Origin: Candidatus Iainarchaeum sp.
GTDB lineage: Archaea; Iainarchaeota; Iainarchaeia; Iainarchaeales; GCA-2688035
Length of the DNA stretch: 64,000 bases
Direction: 5' to 3'
Assembly: GCA_017610175.1 (NCBI GenBank)
Contig: JAFCCO010000001.1
Coordinates: 1-64,000 of the forward strand
The notes below the pieces were generated by a model that did not search any database, was not told where the DNA came from, and was given only the letters and a program-made list of their open reading frames with translations. The translations under genes were made by a program, and so were the position numbers. This document shows, in pieces, positions 8,530 through 18,042 of this stretch (position 1 is the stretch's first letter; every line of letters begins with the position of its first letter).

Positions 8530-10286
8530 TCGTCATCCGCCTCCTTATTTTTTTCAACAATGCTTTTAATCTCTCCAAGCAGTTCTTTTTCTTCCAGGTT
8601 AAGGGTTCCCTTAAGCTGTTCAATTTGAATGAACTGGGTTTTTGGAATCTGTGACAAAAGGACCTGGTTTTCTTCAAGGTTGCGTCCAACCACTCCCTTG
8701 TTAATGCTTACCGCAATCTCTTCTCCCTTAACTGCCTGCTTTATTGTTTCGTTCTTGCTTTGAATTGCAACTACCTTACCAATCACTTTTCCGTTTTCGT
8801 CCATTACGTTTATTCCTGACTTGAGTTTTCCTTCGAGAACTTTCACTCCGATTACAGCCGGCTTGCTGTTGTGGAATGTGCAGCCTGTAAGGAATCTCAT
8901 TTTAACGGGAAGTGTAAGTGCTGAAAGTTTTTCGTTTTTCTTTCTTTCCTTTGCTGCGTTTGCCCATTCGGAGTATTCTTCAAGCAGCTTGTATACAACG
9001 TTTCCTGAAAAGATAAGTACATTTCTTTTCTTTGCTTCCTCGGGAACATTGTTGTCTGCCTTTACTCCGAACCCGAAAATCACGCCCTTAAGTTCGTCTT
9101 TTTCGCGAACGCTAGCAGCTTCCATTACATCGTTTTTTGTGATGTCCCCGATGTCTGCCTTCTTTGCCTTAAGCCCTTCTTTGTCCAAAAGGACTGTGAG
9201 TGCTTCAAGCGAACCCAGTGTGTCTGCTTTGAGTACGGCTCCAACACTTTCTGTTTCAATCCTTATGCTTGCCATTTCCTGTTCAATTGCTTTTTCTTCC
9301 TCACCCGTTTTCACAACTGCAAGCGGGGCTCCTGAGAGTGCGTCTTCAAGCCCGGGCGCGGAAATTTTTATTCCCGATGCTGCGTGAACCTCTTTCACTG
9401 AGTTGAATTTGTCGCCTGATTCGCGCATTTCACGAAGCGGCTTTGGCTTGAGCAGGGCTCTCACCTTTGTTTTGATTACTCCGTTGCGCCCCCCAAGGAC
9501 TATTTCCTGGTTTGCTTTAATCATTCCGTCGTAAAGTATAACGTCAATTGTTTTTCCCAGCCCTCGCTCTTCGTTGATTTCGAGAATTGTTCCCTTGCCG
9601 GCGTCGTTTTCACTTATTTCTAAATTCTTTTTCAGGAATTTTTGGCTTAGGCCGCTGAGCAGTGTCAGAAGCTCAGGGATTCCTTCTCCTGTTTTTGCGC
9701 TGAGTGGCACAATGGGGACTTGTTTTGTGAAGTCTCCGCACCGATCAAACCTTTCTGATTGGAAACCGTGTTCGAAAATTTTTCCAATCAAAATGTAGAG
9801 TTTTTCATCAAGAAGTGCTTTTGCCCTTTCGTCCTGGTTTTGCAGGTTGGCTGAGAATTCCCCTTCCTTTGACTGCCAGCCTTGAACAAGGTCTATTTTG
9901 TTTGCCGCAATTATAAAGGGGGTTTTGAATGTTTTGAGTATTTCAAGCGCTTCGATTGTTTGGGGCTGCAGCCCTTGTGTAACGTCAACCACCAGCACTG
10001 CAAGATCTGCAATGCTGCCCCCTCTTTCGCGCAGTGAGGTAAATGCTTCGTGCCCAGGGGTGTCAATAAAGAGAAGCCCTGGGATTGAAACTTCAAAGCC
10101 GTATTTTTTGAGCAGGCCTGAGGCTATTTTCTCCACTATGTGAAACGGAACCTCTGTTGCACCGATGTGCTGTGTTATGGCTCCCGCTTCCTTTTTGGCT
10201 ATTCCTGTTCCGCGGATTTTGTCAAGCAACAGGGTTTTGCCGTGGTCGACATGCCCTAAAACTGTTATTATTGGCTGCCTAATCAT
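8526..10286 (-). CDS. infB: Translation initiation factor aIF5B (IF-2)
   Basis: RQPI..VLGHVDHGKT, EAGAITQHIGA, DTPGHEAF, NKID, DTLGSLEAL; no intein. Confidence 0.98.
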   Translation of the reverse strand: MIRQPIITVLGHVDHGKTLLLDKIRGTGIAKKEAGAITQHIGATEVPFHIVEKIASGLLKKYGFEVSIPGLLFIDTPGHEAFTSLRERGGSIADLAVLVVDVTQGLQPQTIEALEILKTFKTPFIIAANKIDLVQGWQSKEGEFSANLQNQDERAKALLDEKLYILIGKIFEHGFQSERFDRCGDFTKQVPIVPLSAKTGEGIPELLTLLSGLSQKFLKKNLEISENDAGKGTILEINEERGLGKTIDVILYDGMIKANQEIVLGGRNGVIKTKVRALLKPKPLREMRESGDKFNSVKEVHAASGIKISAPGLEDALSGAPLAVVKTGEEEKAIEQEMASIRIETESVGAVLKADTLGSLEALTVLLDKEGLKAKKADIGDITKNDVMEAASVREKDELKGVIFGFGVKADNNVPEEAKKRNVLIFSGNVVYKLLEEYSEWANAAKERKKNEKLSALTLPVKMRFLTGCTFHNSKPAVIGVKVLEGKLKSGINVMDENGKVIGKVVAIQSKNETIKQAVKGEEIAVSINKGVVGRNLEENQVLLSQIPKTQFIQIEQLKGTLNLEEKELLGEIKSIVEKNKEADDE

Positions 10287-10296
10287 TCCGATTCCC

Positions 10297-10728
10297 TCAG
10301 TCAAGTCCTGTTGAACCAAAACCGCTTTCGTTCCTGCTTGTTTCATCAAGCTCTTCTACCTCGTTTAGTTCTGCCTTTTCAACTTTGTTGAATACCATTT
10401 GGGCTATTTTCTTTCCTTTTTCCACGGTGTATTTTTCCTTTCCGTGGTTTACAACTATTACCCCGATTTCTCCCCTGTAGCCTTCGTCCACTGTTCCAGG
10501 GGTGTTCAAAACCGTGATTCCGTGCTTGAGCGCGAGCCCGCTTTTTGGGCGGACCTGTGCTTCAAATCCTTTCGGGAGAGCAATTTTTATTCCGGTTGGA
10601 ATCAGTGCAATCTCCCCCACATCGATTTCCTTGGTTTCGTTGGCGTAGAGGTCTACTCCGGCGTCTCCCTCGTGGGCGTATGCCGGCATTACGACCTCTT
10701 TGTCCAACTTTTTAACCAATACTTTCAA
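10297..10728 (-). CDS. dut: Trimeric dUTPase
   Basis: AGVDL, PKSGL, GTVDEGYRGE, IAQ, R...GFGSTG. Confidence 0.96.
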   Translation of the reverse strand: MKVLVKKLDKEVVMPAYAHEGDAGVDLYANETKEIDVGEIALIPTGIKIALPKGFEAQVRPKSGLALKHGITVLNTPGTVDEGYRGEIGVIVVNHGKEKYTVEKGKKIAQMVFNKVEKAELNEVEELDETSRNESGFGSTGLD

Positions 10729-10745
10729 TCAATGCACCTTTTTTT

Positions 10746-11219
10746 TTATTTCTCCAGGTATTGTTCGTCTTTGCTGTAAATCCAGTCAAAGTTCATCTTT
10801 GCGTATTCAAAGATTTCGTCTTCCTTGAAGAACCTGCTTATTTCTTCTTCAGCTATTTCAATGTCTTCGGATGCGTGCACAATGTTGTTCTGGTTGCTGA
10901 TACTGTAGTCGCCCCTTATTGTGCCTGGATTTGCTTCGCGTCCCTGTGTGGAACCCACCATTTTTCTTACGACATCGACCGCTTCTTTTCCGTAGAGAAC
11001 AACTGCAATTGACGGGATGCTTGACATGTAGCTTATTAGTTCTTTGAAGAACTTTTTGTCTTTGTGGTGTGCATAGTGCTCTTTTAGTGTGTATGGCTGA
11101 AGCATCACCATCTTCATGCCCAATATCTTAAGTCCCTTGTTTTCGAATTTCTTGATTACTTCTCCGACAAGTGACCTGTTCACCGCATCAGGCTTTATTA
11201 TTACCAATGTCCTTTGCAT
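10746..11219 (-). CDS. ndk: Nucleoside diphosphate kinase
   Basis: TLVIIKPDAV, HY..H, PGTIRGD, NIVHAS. Confidence 0.97.
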   Translation of the reverse strand: MQRTLVIIKPDAVNRSLVGEVIKKFENKGLKILGMKMVMLQPYTLKEHYAHHKDKKFFKELISYMSSIPSIAVVLYGKEAVDVVRKMVGSTQGREANPGTIRGDYSISNQNNIVHASEDIEIAEEEISRFFKEDEIFEYAKMNFDWIYSKDEQYLEK

Positions 11220-11226
11220 TTTTCAA

Positions 11227-11472
11227 TCACCTTTTCTTCTTTTTCTTTCTGGTCCTTTTGACCTTTTGCCTTTTTGCACCGGATTTCTTTTCAGCGGCCT
11301 TTTCCTTATGATAGGTTTCGGTCCACTTTACCGCGTGCGGGCTTCTCTTCAGTTTGAGAGAATTCTTTTGGCATTTGTTTGAGCAGAAAAACAGTGCTGT
11401 ACCGTCCTTCTTTGCGAAAAGGGTACCCTCTCCTTTCTGCATCTGTGTTCCGCAAAATGAGCATTTTGGCAT
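11227..11472 (-). CDS. rpl24e: 50S ribosomal protein L24e
   Basis: CSFCG, G.G, DG...FFCSNKC, KWT. Confidence 0.96.
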   Translation of the reverse strand: MPKCSFCGTQMQKGEGTLFAKKDGTALFFCSNKCQKNSLKLKRSPHAVKWTETYHKEKAAEKKSGAKRQKVKRTRKKKKKR

Positions 11473-11479
11473 TTTTTTA

Positions 11480-11686
11480 TCACCTTGTTTTAATTTCCTT
11501 GGCTTCCCTTTCCGTGCTCAGCAAAATTACGATGTCTTTAATCTGGACGTTTCCCTTAATGTTTCTTCTTTTAACTCGTCCCTTGTCTCTTCCGTCCAAA
11601 ACCTTGCATAGCACCTGCACGATTTCTCCGTGCACGCCGGTTCTTTTTATGATCTCAACAATTTCCGCAGGTGTTCCTTGTTCCAT
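11480..11686 (-). CDS. rps28e: 30S ribosomal protein S28e
   Basis: RTGVHGE..QV, GRDKGR, RNIKG, TEREA. Confidence 0.96.
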   Translation of the reverse strand: MEQGTPAEIVEIIKRTGVHGEIVQVLCKVLDGRDKGRVKRRNIKGNVQIKDIVILLSTEREAKEIKTR

Positions 11687-11702
11687 TCAAAATCAACCCC
11701 GT

Positions 11703-12068
11703 TTACTTTGTAAGATCTGCCAGTTTTTTTGTTATTTCGGCAAGTTCTTTTTTAGCGTCGCCTTCCTCTGTAACTGCAATTGAAGCCGTACCAACACCTA
11801 TGCCTACTTTACCGCCTAGGTCCTTCTTTGTTTTTACGTAGCTGAAAGGAATGTTTTTTTCCTTGCAGATGAGTGGCAAGTGCATGACTATCTCTGCAGG
11901 CTCAACATCCTTTGCGATGAGAACAAGCTTTGCGTTGCCTCTTTCTATGGCTTTGGTTACTTCGTTAACGCCGATTCTTACTTTTCCCTTCTTCTTTGCT
12001 TTTTCTGCAAAGACCAGGGTTTCCTCTGCTAATGCGTCTGGTACTTCGAATTTTACATATTCCGCCAT
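11703..12068 (-). CDS. rpl7ae: 50S ribosomal protein L7Ae
   Basis: YVKFEVP, GVNEVTKAIERG, DVEPAEIVMHLP; GGAGGTG SD supports ATG at 12068. Confidence 0.97.
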   Translation of the reverse strand: MAEYVKFEVPDALAEETLVFAEKAKKKGKVRIGVNEVTKAIERGNAKLVLIAKDVEPAEIVMHLPLICKEKNIPFSYVKTKKDLGGKVGIGVGTASIAVTEEGDAKKELAEITKKLADLTK

Positions 12069-12073
12069 TGGAA

Positions 12074-12115
12074 CACCTCCTTGGCCCATTTAGTGGGGCT
12101 TCATCGTCATAGGCG
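12074..12115 (-). promoter_or_regulatory. K-turn in the L7Ae 5' UTR covering the SD (autoregulatory leader)
   Basis: CGCC-UAU-GA-C...G-GA-GGUG with an internal GCCC/GGGC hairpin. Confidence 0.7.
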
Positions 12116-12181
12116 AAAAAAAGTTTATTTTTTCTAAAATAATTGCCCTTGGGAATGTTTAAAAAGGTAATTAAACGGCTT

Positions 12182-13051
12182 TTAATGCAGTTTTTTTGCG
12201 TAATATGTAACTCTTTTCATTCCCTCGTTTGTGGGCACTGAAAGCCTTTCCCTGGCAAATCCGTTTCTTTCAGGAAATGTTTTGTAAAAGGCCTTTCTTG
12301 TTTCCGGCTGGATTGTTACCCCCGGTTTTTGGAAAAAAGGGTTGTTGCTTGGAAGTATTGCAAGCCTTTCAAACCCGAGTTTTCTGCACTGTGTTTCAAC
12401 CTCTTTCATCCATCTTTTGTACCAGCCGTCGTACCTTCTTTTGATGGCGCGCGCTTCGGCAATGCTCTTTGGGTCTTTTGTGTATTTTGTGCTTGTTATG
12501 CTGAAATATTCTGCCCTTATTTCAACCGCCTGAACAAACATTGTTGGTTTTTTTTCCCGCCCCACAAAGCTGGCTGTTCCCCCAATGTATCCGAGCGCTC
12601 CCCTTGCATCCATTACAAAGTCCTGCGGCCATCGGAGTGCGTCAAGCCAGGCAAGTTTTCCTGATTTTTTTATTTCTGCAGTTGTGGGGTATGCCATGAA
12701 CCTTACAGGCATGCCAATCATGTCCTTGAAGCCGTACATATGGTCTGCGGGCTCATAGGCATATAGCGGGTTCACTTCGCTGGAACCGTGTTCAATCCTT
12801 GACTTGCTTTTGTAGCCGATTACCGGCTCAAAAATAAGTTCAACCGCTCCTTTTTTCTTTCCCTGCCCCCAAACCATTTTTTTGCCCTTGAAGCCGTGCA
12901 CTGCTTTTAGCGCAATAGCAGTTCTTCTTCGCATTGATTCGCGAAACTTAGCGGGGAGCTTTTCAAGTTGTATTCCCCTGCGTTTCCTTAATATTGAGTC
13001 CCTTAGTTTCGGGTCGCGGAGAAACGGGTGCCTTTGCTTGCTTTTTGCCAT
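12182..13051 (-). CDS. Hypothetical basic protein, possible GNAT-like C-terminal fold
   Basis: 289-aa ORF following gltX; K/R-rich N-terminus; E..CRKLGFERLAILP...FY...NGF pattern. Confidence 0.7.
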   Translation of the reverse strand: MAKSKQRHPFLRDPKLRDSILRKRRGIQLEKLPAKFRESMRRRTAIALKAVHGFKGKKMVWGQGKKKGAVELIFEPVIGYKSKSRIEHGSSEVNPLYAYEPADHMYGFKDMIGMPVRFMAYPTTAEIKKSGKLAWLDALRWPQDFVMDARGALGYIGGTASFVGREKKPTMFVQAVEIRAEYFSITSTKYTKDPKSIAEARAIKRRYDGWYKRWMKEVETQCRKLGFERLAILPSNNPFFQKPGVTIQPETRKAFYKTFPERNGFARERLSVPTNEGMKRVTYYAKKLH

Positions 13052-13070
13052 GCGGTTTTACCTGAACCCA

Positions 13071-14732
13071 TTATTCGTTTGTAAAAATCAGTTTTGCCTT
13101 TTTTCCCTCAATTGATTCAATGCGGCAGAATCCGAACCGGTCAAAGTGGACAACGGTTCCTTCCTTTTCTTTCAGGATTTCTTCCCCTGCAAGGCCTGCA
13201 ATTCTGCTTGCGTCATCCATTAAAATTTCAATGTCTGCGCCCTCCAAAATCCACTGCATTATATGCTTTTTTCCGGGCAGTTCCCCAATGTATTCCGCAA
13301 ATGCCTGGAGTTCATCCTTTTTTGAAATTTTTACATCGTATGCGTTTCTGAGCCTGAAAACGTCCCCTTTCTTGAATTTCCCAAGTTCCTCTTTGTCAAC
13401 CAGGAACCTTTGCTCCCTTGCAAGCCGGAAAGTGTTTCCGTCAACCTCAACTTCCTTTTCAGGGGAGTGGCTTACATCAAGAATGATTGGTTCCCTGAAA
13501 AAGGCTATTCTCACAAGTTCTGTTCCAAGCGCGTCCTTGTTCAGGTCAGCCAGTCTTTTTCCGTCAATGCTTGCGTCAGAGCTTTTCACCCCAACCTCAA
13601 GTATTGCGTTGCGAAGAGCCTTTGCCTGGAAGCCGCGGCGCCGTAGAGCGCGAATTGTCCCCAGCCTTGGGTCATCCCAGCCTGAAAAGCTTCCTTCCTC
13701 AATTCCTGCCTTGATTTTGCTTGTGCTAAGTATTGTTTCTCCAAGTTTTATTCTCCCAAAGTGGAAGCTGTGGGGGTATTTCCACCCCAAATATTTGTAG
13801 AGGTATTCCTGCTTGGTTTGGTTTTGCTCGTGCTCTTGCCCGCGAAGAATCAGTGTCACTCCAAGTTCGTGGTCGTCTATTGCCGAGGCAAGGTTGTAGC
13901 TTGGCCACACAAACTTTCCCTTTGTTTTCGGGTTTGGGTGGATTGGGTTGTCCACAACTTTTGCGGCCCACCAGTCCCTTATGCTTGGGTCCGGATTTTT
14001 CAAATCTGTTTTAATTCGCAGAACCGCTTGCTTTTCCTTGAACTCGTTGGAAAACATTTTTGCAAGCCTTGCAGTTTGTTCTTTGGTTTCGAGCCCGCGG
14101 CAGGGGCAGGCCTGCTTTTTTCTTATTAGCGCGCGCCATTTTTCTGAGTCGCAGGTGCATACATATGCATTTCCCTGTTCGGTCACTTTTTTCATGTATT
14201 TGTAGTAAATTTCAAGCCGGTCTGAGGCAAAGTATGTTTCGCTTATGCTGCAGTCCAGCCATTCAAGGTCCTCTTTGAATATTTGTTCCGCGTTCTCAAT
14301 TGGCTTTTTTACCTTTGGATCAGTGTCGTCAAAGCGCAGAATCATCTTTCCGCTGTAAATTTTTGCAAATTCATCGCTTAAAATTGCGGCCCTTGCGTTT
14401 CCAAGGTGGAACGGCCCGTTCGGGTTTGGGGCGTATCTTGTTACAACCTGTTCTTTTTCTGCCCACTCAAGTGCGGGAAGGAACCCTTCTTTTTCTTTTG
14501 GCTTTAGTTCGTATCCCTTTTCCTCAAATGCCTTGAATTCCTTTTCAATTTCGGGCATTTTCATTGAGTTTACTTTTTTTACGGCATCAATCACCGAGGG
14601 CATTGCGTCTTTTATCTCAAGGTCTGGATTAAGCGCTTTTACTTTGCCAACAACAGCCCCAACACTTGCTTTTCCTGCGTGAAGTGCTGCGTTTTTTATC
14701 GCGTATTTGTATGCGTCTTCGTAGAAACCCAT
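13071..14732 (-). CDS. gltX: Glutamyl-tRNA synthetase (archaeal type)
   Basis: RYAPNPNGPFHLGN, RFDDTDP, RGQEH, LSTS, GWDDPRLGT. Confidence 0.97.
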   Translation of the reverse strand: MGFYEDAYKYAIKNAALHAGKASVGAVVGKVKALNPDLEIKDAMPSVIDAVKKVNSMKMPEIEKEFKAFEEKGYELKPKEKEGFLPALEWAEKEQVVTRYAPNPNGPFHLGNARAAILSDEFAKIYSGKMILRFDDTDPKVKKPIENAEQIFKEDLEWLDCSISETYFASDRLEIYYKYMKKVTEQGNAYVCTCDSEKWRALIRKKQACPCRGLETKEQTARLAKMFSNEFKEKQAVLRIKTDLKNPDPSIRDWWAAKVVDNPIHPNPKTKGKFVWPSYNLASAIDDHELGVTLILRGQEHEQNQTKQEYLYKYLGWKYPHSFHFGRIKLGETILSTSKIKAGIEEGSFSGWDDPRLGTIRALRRRGFQAKALRNAILEVGVKSSDASIDGKRLADLNKDALGTELVRIAFFREPIILDVSHSPEKEVEVDGNTFRLAREQRFLVDKEELGKFKKGDVFRLRNAYDVKISKKDELQAFAEYIGELPGKKHIMQWILEGADIEILMDDASRIAGLAGEEILKEKEGTVVHFDRFGFCRIESIEGKKAKLIFTNE

Positions 14733-14791
14733 GGTTATCAACAAAACATTTAAGGAAAAATCAGTATAAATTGGTTTGCTTTAGGGGCCTG

Positions 14792-15037
14792 TTACTTCTT
14801 CTTTTTGCTTGCCCTTATAATCTGCCTTATTCCTTTCGCCTGCTTTGTAAGTGCTTTACGTTCATCTCGAATTATGGATCTTTTTACTTTCTTCTGATGT
14901 TTAGCACTCATTAGTTTAAATGCGCTTTCAAATGCCTTCATTTGTTGGCTTTTCATAGCCCGTTCTGTCGCCAGCTTGTTTAGCCTTCTTCTTTTTTCAA
15001 GCAGCCCTGCTTTTGGTGCTTTTTTTGGCTTAGGCAT
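14792..15037 (-). CDS. Small, highly basic hypothetical protein (81 aa)
   Basis: MPKPKKAPK...RASKKKK; ATG at 15037 overlaps the end of the TrmB-like gene. Confidence 0.65.
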   Translation of the reverse strand: MPKPKKAPKAGLLEKRRRLNKLATERAMKSQQMKAFESAFKLMSAKHQKKVKRSIIRDERKALTKQAKGIRQIIRASKKKK

Positions 15038-15791
15038 TTTTACCTGCTTTTTTTCCCTGGGGCCAGAGTTTGTCAAAGTAGTGTTTGAATGTGTCCGCAA
15101 TCGGCTTGTTGTCGTGCCATATTGCAAAGTGGTATTCAGGGCTTTCTTTTTTGAAGTCGCTGAGTGCAAGCACCACTTTTTTGTCGTCTATGATGAATGC
15201 GTTGAGCCCGTGCTCAAATTCTTTGAGTTCCTTTACGTTTTTCTTGACCGCGTTGTGCGGGAAAGCATTAAGCAGCTTTACTGTAACGTTGTTTGCCTTT
15301 GCTTTTGCAAGGGAATCCCCAAGCACGTTGTGCTTGTCCGTAATTTCTGAGAATGCAATAACATTGCTTTGTGCTTTTTCAATCTCTTGCCCGAGAATCT
15401 TTTCAAAGTCGCGTGCGTCTTTTACTTTCATGATGGTTTCGCCCTGCCTTGCGCCCCTCATTTTTTCAAGTGCTGAAAGTGAATTTGCAAATTCCTCTGC
15501 CTTGTCTTCGATTGCCTTAATCTCGTTTTTCTTCTCCCCAAGAAGCTGGTTGAATACTTTGCTTGCCTTGATTACGCGGTATTTTTTTGGCCGGCCCCGA
15601 ATCTCTATAACCAGGTTTTTCTTAACAAGCTTGTCGAGAACATCGTAGACCCTTGTTTTTGGGACCTGTGAAAGCCTGCTTATTTCGGGCGCTTCGCCCT
15701 CTTCAAGCCTGAATAGTGTGGAAAGGGTTTTTCCCTCGTACTCTGTTAGGCCAAGGCTTTCCAGCAATTCGTTTAGTCCGTCCATGCTCAA
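15030..15791 (-). CDS. TrmB-family regulator (TrmBL2-like size and architecture)
   Basis: LGLTEYE, EISRLSQVPKTRVYDVL, GRPKKY HTH; coiled linker; IIDDKKV...F..YF..LW C-terminal domain. Confidence 0.88.
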   Translation of the reverse strand: MSMDGLNELLESLGLTEYEGKTLSTLFRLEEGEAPEISRLSQVPKTRVYDVLDKLVKKNLVIEIRGRPKKYRVIKASKVFNQLLGEKKNEIKAIEDKAEEFANSLSALEKMRGARQGETIMKVKDARDFEKILGQEIEKAQSNVIAFSEITDKHNVLGDSLAKAKANNVTVKLLNAFPHNAVKKNVKELKEFEHGLNAFIIDDKKVVLALSDFKKESPEYHFAIWHDNKPIADTFKHYFDKLWPQGKKAGKNA

Positions 15792-15868
15792 AACAACTCA
15801 AATCTCTTCAATATAATATACCTTTTTAATCTATTTAAATTTACCTTATAATGTTAAAAAATGAGGAT

Positions 15869-16666
15869 TTACTCGAATTTTACCGCGGCATAGCCTACAA
15901 CATTCAATGTGTCGCCTGTTGTTTCTGCAGAGCTTGTGTATTCAATAAGCGTTCCCTTTTTCATGCCTGCCTTTTCTGCGAGAATCATTGCTGTTGTGAT
16001 TGGGGCAAAGCCGCATATGCTGAGGTTTTTTTCAACAACCTTTGAGTGAAATTCCTTCCAGTCCATTTTTTCGATGAATTTGATTGCTTCAAGGTCGCGT
16101 TCCTTGGCTTCTTCTTCCCCCAAAAAATGGGAGAAGTCACTGCTTGCTATTATGCACGTTTTTTGGCCTTTTGAGGCCTCAAAAAGTGCCTTTCCAAGCA
16201 ATTCAAGGCTTGCAAGATCGTACACGCCCACTGAAATGGGCAGTATTTTTGCGTTTGGGAAAAGCGTTTGGATGAATGGGATTTGCACTTCGCAGCTATG
16301 TTCCCCTATGTGTGCGAGGTCGTCTGCGTCAATTCCGAGTTTTGAGAGCAGTTTTTTTCTGAATTCGACATCAATCTCTGCTTTGCCCAGGGGGGTTTTC
16401 CAGTGGCTTGCATCGCTTATGCTGATTCTTTCCCCAAGGCCTGTGTGGTTAGGCCCGATAATTATGTATAAGCCTACCTGTTCCAGTGCCTTGAATGCGC
16501 GTGCCGCTATTCTTCCTGAATAGGCGTAGCCTGCGTGCGGTGAAATGATAAATCGGCTTTTCTTCCCTTTGCCTGCTTTTTCAAGAAAGCCGTTTAGTTC
16601 TGCTGCAAGCTCTTCCTTGTTTGCGGGGTAGAAGCTTCCTGCTACTGCTGCTTCCCTTGTTTTCAT
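15869..16666 (-). CDS. MEMO1 family protein (AmmeMemoRadiSam protein B)
   Basis: R.AAVAGSFYP, PHAGYAYSG, GPNHTG, EHSCEVQ, SSDFSH, SICG, VVGY. Confidence 0.96.
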   Translation of the reverse strand: MKTREAAVAGSFYPANKEELAAELNGFLEKAGKGKKSRFIISPHAGYAYSGRIAARAFKALEQVGLYIIIGPNHTGLGERISISDASHWKTPLGKAEIDVEFRKKLLSKLGIDADDLAHIGEHSCEVQIPFIQTLFPNAKILPISVGVYDLASLELLGKALFEASKGQKTCIIASSDFSHFLGEEEAKERDLEAIKFIEKMDWKEFHSKVVEKNLSICGFAPITTAMILAEKAGMKKGTLIEYTSSAETTGDTLNVVGYAAVKFE

Positions 16667-16693
16667 AAAAGTAGTTTGGGGGAAGGAGTTCTT

Positions 16694-17380
16694 TTATCTC
16701 CTTCTTTCTCGCCTAAAGCCGTCGTCCGAGCGCCTTCTTTGGAACCTGCCGCCTTCGCGCTGTTCGTCCCTGCTTTCTTCTTTGAGCTCGTATTCGAATT
16801 CCTCTATTGCTATTGAGAATTCATCGTCCTTCTTTATTTCGCCCTTGTGTTTCATGAATTCTCTTGCAAGAAGCCAGTATGTGAGTGCAAGGCTTTTTCT
16901 TCCCTTGTTGTTGATTGGAATTATTAGGTCAATGTCTTTGAGGGAGTTGTTTGTTGAGGCAAGGGCTATAACTGGAATGCGGAGCTTTACTGCTTCTGTT
17001 ACTGCCTGGCTGTCTGCCTCGGGGTCTGTAACTATTACAACTTCCGGCTCAATGAATTCTTTTCCAAGCGGGTTTGTGAATGTTCCCGGAACAAACCTTC
17101 CTTTTATCACTCTTGCCCCGATTGCTTTTGCAAATGCTTCCGCCGGCTTTTGCCCGTAAACACGCCTGCTTACAACAATTATTCTTGGGGCCTCATATCT
17201 TGAGATGAATTCTGCCGCAATCTGTATTCGTTTGTCTATGTTTTCAACGTCGAGAACGTTCAAGCCATCGTGCCTTTTTTTGAATATGTATCTCTTCATG
17301 TCTCCGGTTTTGAATTTTGTTCCGATGTGTGATCCTGTCTTCAGGTATCTGTCAAGTTCAACTAATGTGTTTTCTGCCAT
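16694..17380 (-). CDS. rps2: 30S ribosomal protein S2
   Basis: YL..G.HIGT, GRFVPGTFTNP, PINNKGRKSLA. Confidence 0.97.
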   Translation of the reverse strand: MAENTLVELDRYLKTGSHIGTKFKTGDMKRYIFKKRHDGLNVLDVENIDKRIQIAAEFISRYEAPRIIVVSRRVYGQKPAEAFAKAIGARVIKGRFVPGTFTNPLGKEFIEPEVVIVTDPEADSQAVTEAVKLRIPVIALASTNNSLKDIDLIIPINNKGRKSLALTYWLLAREFMKHKGEIKKDDEFSIAIEEFEYELKEESRDEQREGGRFQRRRSDDGFRRERRR

Positions 17381-17385
17381 TTGAA

Positions 17386-17580
17386 TCATTTCCGGTATTT
17401 CATTATGTCGTCGATTAAGTCTGCTTGCGTGAAAACCATTCTTCTGCAGCAGTATCTTGTTACTCCAAGGTCATCGAGGGCCTTTTCCGGCGACTCGCCG
17501 TTTTTTACCTTTTCTATGAATTGTTCATAGAGGCTTCCAATCACTTTTCCGCATGAAAAGCATCTTACAGGCACCATCAT
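17386..17580 (-). CDS. rpoN: RNA polymerase subunit Rpo10 (N)
   Basis: [22 protein letters not shown]. Confidence 0.97.
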   Translation of the reverse strand: MMVPVRCFSCGKVIGSLYEQFIEKVKNGESPEKALDDLGVTRYCCRRMVFTQADLIDDIMKYRK

Positions 17581-17600
17581 TTTTCATCACTCCGACAATT

Positions 17601-18041
17601 TTACCTTTTACTCTTTTGTTTCTTTGCACGAGCGCTTGTTCCAAGTGGTTTCTTTGCTTCCTTTCTTCTTGGGTCGTCCACTAAAAGCAATCTGTCGTAT
17701 CCTAAAAACGTTTCCTTAAGCTTTTTGTCTTTACTAAAGTCAACAAGTGCCTTTGCGATTGCGCTTCTTGCAGCAACTGCTTGGCCCATAAATCCGCCGC
17801 CGCTTATTTTAATGCTGATGTCTGCTTTTTCTGCGACATCTGGTGCGAGAATAATTGGCTCTTGGATAAATCTTTTTACTCGGGTAGGAGTTATTGTGTC
17901 AATGTTCATGTTGTTAATTTTTACCTTTCCTGTGCCCTTTTTGATTACCGCTCTTGCGACTGCGGTTTTCTTCTTGGACTTTGTGTTTAGCCCTGTTTTT
18001 CTCTTTCTTTTCTTTTTTACAACGGCAATTTCTTCAGCCAT
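17601..18041 (-). CDS. rps9: 30S ribosomal protein S9
   Basis: KTAVARA, GGGFMGQA, YDRLLLVDDPRRKE, QKSKR. Confidence 0.97.
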   Translation of the reverse strand: MAEEIAVVKKKRKRKTGLNTKSKKKTAVARAVIKKGTGKVKINNMNIDTITPTRVKRFIQEPIILAPDVAEKADISIKISGGGFMGQAVAARSAIAKALVDFSKDKKLKETFLGYDRLLLVDDPRRKEAKKPLGTSARAKKQKSKR

Positions 18042-18042
18042 G

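Noticed and set aside
10530-10556. dUTPase motif II reads PKSG rather than PRSG
   Set aside because: Conservative change with all other motifs intact; not enough to infer altered function.
14792-15169. 125-aa version of the basic ORF in the track
   Set aside because: The upstream part overlaps the TrmB-like gene extensively; ATG at 15037 is the plausible start.
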